A DNA stretch of 36,109 bases from an uncultured Thermotogae bacterium. Lineage in GTDB: Bacteria; Bipolaricaulota; Bipolaricaulia; UBA7950; UBA9294. The stretch is taken from the NCBI GenBank assembly GCA_964635895.1, contig CAZWQN010000005.1, positions 1 through 36,109 on the forward strand, in the 5' to 3' direction. A program made the translations under genes and the position numbers. Positions 8,340 through 16,722 of the stretch are shown piece by piece. Numbering within the stretch: the first letter of the stretch is position 1; every line of letters begins with the position of its first letter. The notes beneath the pieces were generated by a model that searched no databases, had not been told where the DNA came from, and was given only the letters and a program-made list of their open reading frames with translations.

Positions 8340-9555
8340 AGGGAACCTCCACGGTGACGATCGTCCCGCGCTCGGGGGTCGACGCGAGCGAGACCGCTCC
8401 ACCGGCGATCGTCACCCGCTCCTCGATCCCGCGCAGGCCCAGACCCCGCGGCCCGTCGGGCGAGATCCCGATCCCGTCGTCCTCGATCGCGAGCCGCACC
8501 CACGCCCCCTCCGCCGAGATCCGAATCGTCGCCCGACGTGCCTTGGCGTGCCGTACGACGTTCTCCAAGGCTTCGCGCGCGACGTGATAGAGAAGCCCCT
8601 CCGCCTCTCGGTCGAGCCGGCCGTCCAAGTCCGACTCGACGCGAACCGCGAGGCCGCTCTCCTCTCCGACGCTCGCGGCCAGCCGGTCGAGCGACGGCAC
8701 GAGTCCGAGGTCGTCGAGCAGTGGCGGCCGGATGGAGTAGGCGAGCGTTCGCGTCTGCCGGATCGCCTCGTCGACGATCCCCGTGACCTCGCGGTAGTCG
8801 TCCTCGCCGAGCCTCGCCTTCGCCGGCGCGAGGTGAAGCTTGATCGCCGCGAGCGACTGGATGAGCCCGTCGTGGAGCCCGCGCGCGATCCTCCGCCGCT
8901 CCTCGTCTTGGGCACCGAGCAGCCGCTTCGACATCCGCGCCAGCTCCAGCTCTCGCTCCGCCAGCATCCGGTTCTTCCGCGCGTCGATCGCCGCGAACGT
9001 CCGCACCGTGAACGCGACGACGGAGTAGAGGGCCACCGTTCCCGCGAGGATCGTCGCGACGTTGTACGACAGACTCTGGTACGAGTCGCCGGCGACCGCG
9101 AACAGAGAGCGGTGTGGGAGAATTCCCACCGACTCGAGCAGGACGAGTGTCGCGTAGCACGCGACCACCCAGCCGGTGACCACCGCCCCGTACACGCGGG
9201 GAAGGAAGAAGTTCGCGTACAGCACCGTGAACAGGTAGAAGATGTTGCCGATCCAGGTGCTTCCGCCCATGAAGTGAACGAGGATCGTGATGAGGACGGC
9301 CTCGGCGAGGAAGAACCCGGTGTGCGCCCACTGGAGGGCCCGCTCCCTCTTCATCCGCTCGATCAGGGCCTTGAACGGAAACGTCAGGAGGAACCAGACG
9401 ATGGGCGAATAGAAGAGCGGGTTCCGATAGCTCAGTCGGCTCGTGAACAGGACGACGAGGGCGACGGCGGAGAAGACGCCGAGCGTCAGCCGACGCACGA
9501 GGATCGTTCGGATGACTCCTGCTTTGCGTTCGGCGAATCCTGCCGCGCCGTCCAT
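8308..9555 (-). CDS. Membrane sensor histidine kinase, HisKA_3 (NarX/UhpB/DesK-type)
   Basis: About six hydrophobic N-terminal segments, H-box ERRRIARGLHD, N-box EALENVVRHA, G1 IEDDGIG, G2 GLGLRGIEER. Start position uncertain. Confidence 0.9.
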   Translation of the reverse strand: MDGAAGFAERKAGVIRTILVRRLTLGVFSAVALVVLFTSRLSYRNPLFYSPIVWFLLTFPFKALIERMKRERALQWAHTGFFLAEAVLITILVHFMGGSTWIGNIFYLFTVLYANFFLPRVYGAVVTGWVVACYATLVLLESVGILPHRSLFAVAGDSYQSLSYNVATILAGTVALYSVVAFTVRTFAAIDARKNRMLAERELELARMSKRLLGAQDEERRRIARGLHDGLIQSLAAIKLHLAPAKARLGEDDYREVTGIVDEAIRQTRTLAYSIRPPLLDDLGLVPSLDRLAASVGEESGLAVRVESDLDGRLDREAEGLLYHVAREALENVVRHAKARRATIRISAEGAWVRLAIEDDGIGISPDGPRGLGLRGIEERVTIAGGAVSLASTPERGTIVTVEVPCGDDADRDRR

Positions 9556-9569
9556 GGGAGCTGACGGAT

Positions 9570-9848
9570 CTACGTCAGCGTCGGCGGAAGGGCGATCTTC
9601 CCGAAGTTCTTCTCGTAGCGCTGGAGGTTCTCGCCGATCGCCTGGTACAGCCGCTTCATGTGCACGGGGTTCAAGGTCACGCGCGACGTGAGGATTGCCT
9701 GCCCCTCCTGGGGCGACGCCGGCTGCGGGTCCACGAACAGGAAGTCGACGACGAACTCCTCCTGGCGATGCGAGATCAGGGCGAGGTTGGAGTAGTGCCC
9801 CCGCCGCGTCTCGTTGTCCGCCGTGATCTGCATCTTGCGCTCGGGCAT
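9570..9848 (-). CDS. DUF3467-like small protein
   Basis: GHYSNLALISH..EEFVVDF...SRVTLNPVHMKRL..A..ENL..YEK.FG.I pattern; strong SD GGAGGTGA. Confidence 0.75.
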   Translation of the reverse strand: MPERKMQITADNETRRGHYSNLALISHRQEEFVVDFLFVDPQPASPQEGQAILTSRVTLNPVHMKRLYQAIGENLQRYEKNFGKIALPPTLT

Positions 9849-9995
9849 GAACGCTCACCTCCGCCGATCCCGGATAGTAGCGACTTATACGGATGGGTAC
9901 AAGGAAGCGCTCGCGGGGTCTGCGTCCTGAGACAGCCGCCGGACAAGATCGCGGGGAAGCGGCGGCATCCCGCGAGATTTGGATGTGGGGAGAAT

Positions 9996-10120
9996 GGCGC
10001 AACCTGGCGCGACTAGGTGGCCGGACAGCTTCGCAGCCTAGGGTAGCGGCGCAACCTGGCACGGTTAGGTGGCCAGGGTAGCGGCGCAACCTCGCAGGGA
10101 TCTACGTTGCGAGGTAGCGG
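9996..10120. repeat. Short degenerate tandem repeats with internal dyad symmetry
   Basis: GGCGCAACCTGGC-N6-AGGTGGCC at 9996-10022 and 10048-10074; AGGGTAGCGGCGCAACCT exact at 10040-10057 and 10075-10092; ACCTCGCA...TGCGAGGT stem at 10089-10115. Confidence 0.75.
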
Positions 10121-11316
10121 TCGAAGAAGCGGCGAACGGTCTCGCCGTGGCGGCCGGCAAGGAGGATGTGGTGGTTGCCGAGCGGCGCGGTAAGCAGCTC
10201 GTCGACCGGCTCGTCGACCACGACGCGGACCTGCGTGCGGCAGAGGTTGTCGCGGAACGGAGCCTCTTCAACGCGGCCCTCGCGAAGGAAGAGCTGGTCG
10301 AGCCTCTCTCCCCCGAGTCGGAACAGCGTGCAGTCTCCGGCGGGGATCATTCCGGCGAGCCCAACGCCGATCCCGGACTCGAAGTGACTCCGAATCGCGT
10401 AGCTCGTCGTCATCGAGAGCGGGCAGGTGCAGTGGGCGAGCCCGACGGCGGGGGTCTTCACGTCGACGTCGGCGACGTTGCCCATGAACGCCGTCTGCCC
10501 CGACAGGAGGAACGCGAGGTAGAGGGTGACGAGCGCCTGAAGGTCGCCCTCGCACCCCGCCGGAACGCGTTCGTCGTTCAGCCGGGACACCGCGTAGCAG
10601 CCGGTCGTCTTCATCCGCTTCACGAGGTCGAAGCAGCGGACGGTGCACGCCGACAGCCGGTGCTCGTCGACGAGGCTGCGGAGCCCGGCGTAGACCTGGA
10701 CCGCGTCGCGGATCTCAGCCGGTTTCGGCTCGGCTACCGTCTCCGCGCGCTTTGTCAGGCTCGCGACGTCCTTCCGCGACGCCTCCGCAGCGCGCGCCGT
10801 CTCGAGCAGAGCATCCATCGGAATCTGCACAAGTTCGATCGACAGGCGTCCCTTGAGAAACGCGCGGTCGACGTCGCTCGCGACGAGCCAGTCGGAGGGC
10901 TCGCCGATCAGGCCGATCCGGGAGAAGCGCAACGCCTCCCAGGCGTTGGCGAGAACAAGCTCCTGCTTCAGCCCGGCCACGACCTCCGACGGAGAGCCAA
11001 ACAGGATCCGCCCCTCGCCGCCGTCCTGGCGGATGCGCGCGAGGACCTCGAGCGAGGCGGGGAGCGAGTTGTCCCCCGGGTGGGCAATCAGGAGCGTGGG
11101 AGACGGGAGCTGGGCGACGGTCTTCAGCACGTCGCGCTCCACGCCCCCCGTGAGCACGAGGATCGCCGTCAGCTTGTCGGCCGCCGGGTGGGCGATCTCC
11201 TCGATGCAAAGGCCGTCGCTCGTGCGAAGCCCCGCGAGCACGCGGGTCCGCAACGAGTCAATGTGGCCCTTGTCGTGAAGGCTGCTCGCCCGCACGATGA
11301 CCCCGATCTTGTCCAT
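10102..11316 (-). CDS. L-fucose/L-arabinose isomerase-like protein
   Basis: VLTGGVE, NSLPASLE, TVRCFD, AGCEGD, AHCTCP, RSHFESG, CRTQ and GNHH match the pattern of uncharacterised FucI-like proteins; substrate unknown. Confidence 0.65.
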   Translation of the reverse strand: MDKIGVIVRASSLHDKGHIDSLRTRVLAGLRTSDGLCIEEIAHPAADKLTAILVLTGGVERDVLKTVAQLPSPTLLIAHPGDNSLPASLEVLARIRQDGGEGRILFGSPSEVVAGLKQELVLANAWEALRFSRIGLIGEPSDWLVASDVDRAFLKGRLSIELVQIPMDALLETARAAEASRKDVASLTKRAETVAEPKPAEIRDAVQVYAGLRSLVDEHRLSACTVRCFDLVKRMKTTGCYAVSRLNDERVPAGCEGDLQALVTLYLAFLLSGQTAFMGNVADVDVKTPAVGLAHCTCPLSMTTSYAIRSHFESGIGVGLAGMIPAGDCTLFRLGGERLDQLFLREGRVEEAPFRDNLCRTQVRVVVDEPVDELLTAPLGNHHILLAGRHGETVRRFFDRYLAT

Positions 11317-11549
11317 GGGGCCATCGTATCGCCCGCTCCCAACCCTCCCGATCCATTCGCGGACCCGCGCTCTAGACACGGATCACCCGCGCGCCGGACC
11401 AAGCGGCGGAGGGATCCGCGCCGCTCTCCCCTCACGAACGGACGCCGGCCGTCGCTCGTCGCACAGGCGCGCCGACGCTTGATACGACGAAGCCGCCCTG
11501 GACCCCTTCGTCCGGGTCGGCACCACGCGCGTCGGCGACGGGAGGCCCG

Positions 11550-12629
11550 ATGAGCTTTCTCGAGACCCTCTTCTATGGGAACCCCGCCTGGCGGTGGCTC
11601 GCCGCCGCCGCCGTCATCCTGTTCGCGTGGGTCTTCCTTCAGGTTGCCACTCGCACCGTCATCCGCTGCCTGCGGCGCGCCGCCGAGCGCACCGAGGGCC
11701 GGCTCGATGACCTCTTCGTCGAGCTTCTGCACAAGACTCGGTTCTTCTTCGTCTTCGTCATCTCCGCCTACGCGGGGTCGCGGCTGCTGACCCTACCCGA
11801 GGCGGCGAAGGAGGTTCTCTGGGTCGGGTTCGTGATCGCGATGCTCGCCCAGGCCGGGTACTGGGGCAACGGCCTCGTCAACTTCTGGCTCTCCCGCACG
11901 GTGCATCGACGATTGGGCGGAGACGCCGCGGCAGCGACCTCGCTCGCCGCCCTCGGCTTCCTGGCCAAGCTCGCGATCTGGGCCGTCGTGCTGCTCGTCG
12001 TTCTCGACAACATGGGCGTCAGCATCACGACGCTCGTGGCCGGACTCGGAATCACGGGAATCGCGGTGGCGCTCGGCGTCCAGAGCGTCTTCAAGGATGT
12101 GTTCGCGTCGTTGTCGATCATCGTCGACAAGCCGTTCGTGATCGGCGACTTCATCGCCGTCGGAGATCTGGGCGGCACTGTGGAACGAATCGGTCTGAAG
12201 ACCACGAGGGTCCGCAGCCTGTCCGGCGAGGAGATCGTGTTCTCGAACGGAGACCTGCTCGACAGCCGCGTGCGGAACTACAAGTCGATGACCGAGCGCC
12301 GCATCGCGTTCACGTTCGACGTCGCAGCCGACACGCCGATCGAGCGGCTGCGTGAGATTCCCGCGCTCGTTCGAACAGAAATCGAGAAGGTGCGCGGCGT
12401 GCGCTTCGACCGTTGCCACCTCCGGTCGTTCGCCAGCTCTACCCTCTCGTTCGAGGTCGTGTACTTCGTTCTGTCCGGCGTCTACCTCGAATCCATGGAT
12501 GCCCGGCACGCCGTCAACCTCGGCATCCTCCAGGCCTTCGAGACCCGCGGCGTCCGCCTCGCGTACCCGACGCGGACGGTCTACCTCCGCTCGGCGCCGG
12601 GCTCAGAAGACGAACCACCCAACCAGTAG
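11550..12629 (+). CDS. mscS: Small-conductance mechanosensitive channel (MscS family)
   Basis: AGLGITGIAVALG TM3, KPFVIGDFI, GTVERIGLKTTRVRS..GE...FSN, RVRN; SD GGGAGG. Confidence 0.92.
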   Translation: MSFLETLFYGNPAWRWLAAAAVILFAWVFLQVATRTVIRCLRRAAERTEGRLDDLFVELLHKTRFFFVFVISAYAGSRLLTLPEAAKEVLWVGFVIAMLAQAGYWGNGLVNFWLSRTVHRRLGGDAAAATSLAALGFLAKLAIWAVVLLVVLDNMGVSITTLVAGLGITGIAVALGVQSVFKDVFASLSIIVDKPFVIGDFIAVGDLGGTVERIGLKTTRVRSLSGEEIVFSNGDLLDSRVRNYKSMTERRIAFTFDVAADTPIERLREIPALVRTEIEKVRGVRFDRCHLRSFASSTLSFEVVYFVLSGVYLESMDARHAVNLGILQAFETRGVRLAYPTRTVYLRSAPGSEDEPPNQ

Positions 12630-13823
12630 CGCCGCAGCCGCTCCGATCAGGACGGGCAGAGCCAGCCGCCGCACGAGCGCACCGATCGACGTCTTAAAGT
12701 AGGCGACGGACACGGAGATGCACGGGTGCACCGGGGTCACGACGTAGCCGAGGAAGGCGGCGTAGTACGCAAGCGCGAATCCGGGAAGCGTCATCGGTCC
12801 GTGCGCCGAAGCGTAGATCGGAAGGACCACCGCCAGGGACGCCTCGATCCGCCCGGTGATGAAGCCGAGGGCGAATCCGACGCCGAGGCACAAGGCGAGC
12901 GGAGGGAGCCGCATCGCGGCCAGCCGCTCGGGGACCCCCGACGACGCGAACACGTTCAGGAAGGCGAACATGGCCACGATGATCGCGGCGTACGTCCACG
13001 GACGAGCGCGGAGGACGATCCGCACGAGACGCTTCGGCCCGACCCGGCCGATCACCAAGGACAGCGCAAGACTCAGGACGACGCCCGCTGCGGTCGCGAT
13101 CTCGCGGACGGGGAGCGTCGCCGTACTGGCGAGGGCGAGGTCGAGGGCCGGGGCGACAAGGAGAATCCCAAGCGGCACGAGGAGGTCGCGCAGGGAGAAC
13201 GACCCCCTCGCGTCCTGACTTGCGGAATCGGTCTCCTCGTCGGCCCTCTTCGGGTGCGCGCAGCGCAGGAGGAAGACCCCGCCGAGTAGAACGGACAGAG
13301 CGAACGCAGGCGCGAGGTACGGAATCGTCGCGTACACGTCCAGCCCCGCCACCTTCGCCGAGGCGATCAGCGAGGAACCGAGCGGGTACACAAGCAAGAG
13401 CACATGGCGGAACCAGACGTTGGCCGCCGCCTTGACGTCCGGAGCCACGTGCCCCGCTCCCCGCTCCACGAGGGGCGCCGAGAGAAGCGCGCCCCCGGGC
13501 ATCGGCAGCATGCCGAGGAGTCCCGGAGCGAGCGCGAGGAACGGGCGCACTCCCACGCGGAGGTTGCCGACCAAGCGCGCCATCTGCCCGGACGCCTCCA
13601 TGACGCCGCCGAGGACGGGGATGAGGAACACCACGAGAGCGAGCACCAGGACGGAGGGGTCCGACACCGTCCGCCAGAGCGCGGCGCCGATCTCGGCGGG
13701 GGAGAGGGCGAACGCGCCGAGGGCGAGGGCGCCGACGGCCAGACCGAGGGCGAGGCCGAAGCGCGATAGGACGACGAGAAGCACAACGGCCACGGCGAAT
13801 CCGACCCAGAGCAGCAACGCCAC
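12603..13823 (-). CDS. DUF401-like polytopic membrane protein (probable ion-transporter superfamily)
   Basis: Highly hydrophobic, with GMLPMPGGALLSAP, NVWFRH, YPL and TPVHPC motifs. Start is GTG 13823 or TTG 13817. Confidence 0.65.
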   Translation of the reverse strand: MALLLWVGFAVAVVLLVVLSRFGLALGLAVGALALGAFALSPAEIGAALWRTVSDPSVLVLALVVFLIPVLGGVMEASGQMARLVGNLRVGVRPFLALAPGLLGMLPMPGGALLSAPLVERGAGHVAPDVKAAANVWFRHVLLLVYPLGSSLIASAKVAGLDVYATIPYLAPAFALSVLLGGVFLLRCAHPKRADEETDSASQDARGSFSLRDLLVPLGILLVAPALDLALASTATLPVREIATAAGVVLSLALSLVIGRVGPKRLVRIVLRARPWTYAAIIVAMFAFLNVFASSGVPERLAAMRLPPLALCLGVGFALGFITGRIEASLAVVLPIYASAHGPMTLPGFALAYYAAFLGYVVTPVHPCISVSVAYFKTSIGALVRRLALPVLIGAAAALLVGWFVF

Positions 13824-13924
13824 CTCCCGACTTGCACACGAACGCGGAAGGGTACGACATGAGCCGCCTTGATCCCAGGCCGGCCTGTTGGACCCGCCGC
13901 CTCCGTCCGGCACAATGCACCTCG

Positions 13925-14320
13925 GTGATCGCCGTGAGTGAGCTTCGAGACGTGGTTCAAGACGTGGCGGACGCGGGGCACCTACCGTGCGCGATCGTGT
14001 TCTCCCTTGCCGGCCGGTTGGGCGTCTCCCCGCACGCGGTTCGCGAGGCTGCTGATGCCGCCGGAGTTCGGGTGTCGCTCTGCCAGCTCGGTCTGTTCGG
14101 GTACGACGCGTTCGGCGAGCGTCGCGCCACTCGCGCGCTGCCCCTCGTCCCTGAGGGACTCCGCGCCGCCCTTGCCGCGGCGGCCGTCGACGGCCACCTT
14201 CCGTGCGCCGCGGCGTGGCGCCTTGCCGACGAAGGCGGCGTGCCTCGCTTCTTGTTCGGCTCTATCGCCGAGACGATCGGCGTCCGGATCTCGCGCTGCC
14301 AGCTCGGCTGTTTCGAGTAG
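13925..14320 (+). CDS. Small uncharacterised protein with two 41-aa Cys-containing repeats
   Basis: Two ungapped repeats GHLPCA...GVRxSxCQLGxF. Start is GTG 13925 or 13934. Confidence 0.75.
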   Translation: MIAVSELRDVVQDVADAGHLPCAIVFSLAGRLGVSPHAVREAADAAGVRVSLCQLGLFGYDAFGERRATRALPLVPEGLRAALAAAAVDGHLPCAAAWRLADEGGVPRFLFGSIAETIGVRISRCQLGCFE

Positions 14321-14382
14321 ACGAGCGCGGGATGGGCAGAGCCGCTGTCCCACGCGCGGCTCTTCGTCATGTCGCGGCGTCG

Positions 14383-14841
14383 CTACGTCGAGCCGTGCAC
14401 GACGAGCACAGGGCAGCTCGAGCGGCGGGCGACCAACTCCGTCAGCGACGGGTCGATCACGCGGCGCCACCACGAGCGACGGCGCATCCCCATCACAATG
14501 AGGTCGCTCTTTTCGGAGCGTGCGACGCTGAGGATCCGTGCCACGGGAGACCCCAGTTCCACGCGGTCGCGCAGCGCCAGCCCGGTGGGCAGCACCTCGG
14601 CAGCAAGGCAGCGGATTGCAGACGTCGCCGCCTGAATCGCGCTGCCCAGAACCGGCGCACAGGTGATGGCACCCAACCCGTAGGTCTCGGGACAGGCGAT
14701 CGTGAAGCGGAGCGGGTCGATGACGTGCACCAGAACCAGTTCGGCGCAGAAGATGCCGGCCAGCTCGACGGCTGCTCGCAACGCCTCTCGCGAAGCGTCC
14801 CCAAAGTCCGTGGGGCAGAGGATCCTCTTCGGCGTCGTCAT
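14383..14841 (-). CDS. Universal stress protein (USP family)
   Basis: RILCPTDF, LVLVHV, GSP...I, DLIVMG, CPVLVV; SD GAGGAGGGG. Confidence 0.88.
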   Translation of the reverse strand: MTTPKRILCPTDFGDASREALRAAVELAGIFCAELVLVHVIDPLRFTIACPETYGLGAITCAPVLGSAIQAATSAIRCLAAEVLPTGLALRDRVELGSPVARILSVARSEKSDLIVMGMRRRSWWRRVIDPSLTELVARRSSCPVLVVHGST

Positions 14842-14886
14842 GGAGCCCCTCCTCTGTCACAGGAGCCGCGTCCATTCTCCAGGCCG

Positions 14887-14914
14887 CGCCCGGGCGGACG
14901 GCCCCGCCCGGGTG
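14887..14914. terminator. GC-rich hairpin downstream of the ABC operon (possible terminator)
   Basis: CCCGGGCGG-ACGGCC-CCGCCCGGG, a perfect 9-bp stem with no clear U-tract. Confidence 0.3.
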
Positions 14915-14989
14915 CCGATCTCCGGTCTCTCACGGCAGAACTCGTCGCCGCAACCTCGGCCCGCGGCCTGGTTCTCCCCACTGAGCTCG

Positions 14990-15916
14990 CTACTCCCCAG
15001 ACAGAAGGCCGTGCTCAATCAGGAACTCGCGAGCGACCTCCTCCGGCTCGAGCCCTTCGTTGTCCACCCTCGCATTCAGCTCCGTCATCCTCCGTTGCGC
15101 GTCCTCCGGGAATGCGACGACGAGCTCGCCCAGGATGCCGAGGAGATCCGGGAAGCGGCCGAGGGTCTTCGTCAAGAGCACCGGGGCGAGGTCGTAGGGC
15201 GGCCAGAACGCCTTGTCGTCCTTGAGGATCACCCACCCGTACTTGGCGACGACAGCATCCGTGCCAAAGACCACCGTCGCATCCACATCGCCTTGGGCGA
15301 GGTACTGCGCCGTCAGTCCGGGCATCACCGGGATCACGTACGAAGGCTGGAACGCGAAGCCATAGTGCAACTGCATTCCGATCAGGCCGTCCGGCCGCGC
15401 GTAGAACTCGAACGTGGTGGCAATGCGAACCTTACCCTCCTGCCCCTTCACGTAGGCGGCGAAGTCGCTGAGGCTGGAGAGGCGGTTCTCCGCCGCGAAC
15501 TCGCTCGGAATCGCGATGGAGTAGTTGTTGTTGCACCAGATCGGGTCGAGCCAGGTGATCCCGCGTTCCGCGTCGTAGGCCTTCACCTTCTCGAACAGCT
15601 CCCGCTGCGTCTCGCCTTCGAACAGGTGCTGGGTGTAGCTCAGCCACATCGTCCCCGTGTAGTCCATGCACAGGTCGATGTCGCCGTTCTCGACGGCCTC
15701 TCGCAGCACCATGCTCGACATCCCCGTCCTCAGATCCACGGTGTACCCGCGGTCTTCGAGGACGAGCTTCATGAGGTAGCCGCCGATGAACTGCTCGGTG
15801 AAGTTCTTCGTGCCGATCCGGATCGGCCCTTTGGCCGCCGCCGCGGCAAGCGATCCGGTCAGAAGAACGAAGACGAGAAGAGCCGAAAGGCTGATGGTGA
15901 TCCATCGCTTGGTCAT
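14990..15916 (-). CDS. Osmoprotectant (glycine betaine/choline/carnitine) ABC transporter substrate-binding protein
   Basis: Signal peptide without a lipobox Cys; IGTKNFTEQ, DYTGT, NNY, EFYARPDG, LKDDKAFWPPY (OpuCC/OsmF-like). Confidence 0.88.
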   Translation of the reverse strand: MTKRWITISLSALLVFVLLTGSLAAAAAKGPIRIGTKNFTEQFIGGYLMKLVLEDRGYTVDLRTGMSSMVLREAVENGDIDLCMDYTGTMWLSYTQHLFEGETQRELFEKVKAYDAERGITWLDPIWCNNNYSIAIPSEFAAENRLSSLSDFAAYVKGQEGKVRIATTFEFYARPDGLIGMQLHYGFAFQPSYVIPVMPGLTAQYLAQGDVDATVVFGTDAVVAKYGWVILKDDKAFWPPYDLAPVLLTKTLGRFPDLLGILGELVVAFPEDAQRRMTELNARVDNEGLEPEEVAREFLIEHGLLSGE

Positions 15917-15987
15917 CTGCTTCCTCCTTTGTACGGTCCTTGGATTCCCGGTCGAGCGTCGTCTTGGACTACGCCTCCTTTCCCGTC

Positions 15988-16722
15988 CTACGAATTGCCG
16001 CGCCGAAGAGCGAGGCGAAGCCCCCTGGGAGTCGCCGTCGCCGCGACGCCCTCCAGAAGGCGGTCAAGCAGGATCGCGAGAGCGGCCGTGGGAGCGGCTC
16101 CCTGGAGAACCATCTCCACCAGCCGCAGCGACACGCCGGTCATGATGATTTCGCCGAGTCCCCCGGCCCCGATCATCCCCGCCACCGCAGCGGAGCCCAC
16201 GTTGAGCACCGTCGACGTCCGGATGCCAGCCATGATGAGCGGGGCGGCCAGCGGCATCTCGACGCGCCACAGGATCTGCCACGCCGACATCCCCATGCCT
16301 CGCGCCGCGTCCTTCACCCTCGGGTCGACGGACACCAGGCCGGCGTAGGTGTTCCGCACGATGGGAAGAAGCGTGTACACGCCAAGGGCCACAACCGCCG
16401 AGCGCCATCCCAGCCCCATCAGGATCGAGAAGACCCCGACGAGAGCAAGCGTCGGGACGGTCTGCCCGACGCTCGTAACCGCCGACAGGATGGGTGCGCC
16501 GCGCCGGAAGGATCGGCGAGAGAGCGCAAGGCCGAGCGGAATCCCTGCCACGACGGCCAGGAGCTCCGCCGAGAGCACGATCTGGAGGTGCTCCTTGAGG
16601 GCTTCGAGGAGCTTCGCAGGCGGCGCCATCATGAAGAAGCCGACCCGCCCGAGGCTCGTCATCCACCCGGTCAGCGCACACAGCCCTCCGAGGAGAAGGA
16701 GGAGGACGAAGCGCCGCCTCAC
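15988..16722 (-). CDS. Osmoprotectant ABC transporter permease
   Basis: QTVPTLAL, LLPIVRNTY, EAA-loop DAARGMGMS, IGAGGLG. The GTG start overlaps the ATPase stop. Confidence 0.88.
   Translation of the reverse strand: MRRRFVLLLLLGGLCALTGWMTSLGRVGFFMMAPPAKLLEALKEHLQIVLSAELLAVVAGIPLGLALSRRSFRRGAPILSAVTSVGQTVPTLALVGVFSILMGLGWRSAVVALGVYTLLPIVRNTYAGLVSVDPRVKDAARGMGMSAWQILWRVEMPLAAPLIMAGIRTSTVLNVGSAAVAGMIGAGGLGEIIMTGVSLRLVEMVLQGAAPTAALAILLDRLLEGVAATATPRGLRLALRRGNS

Noticed and set aside
9996-10120. Possible CRISPR array
   Set aside because: Only two or three degenerate units, no unique spacers of regular length and no cas genes in the window.
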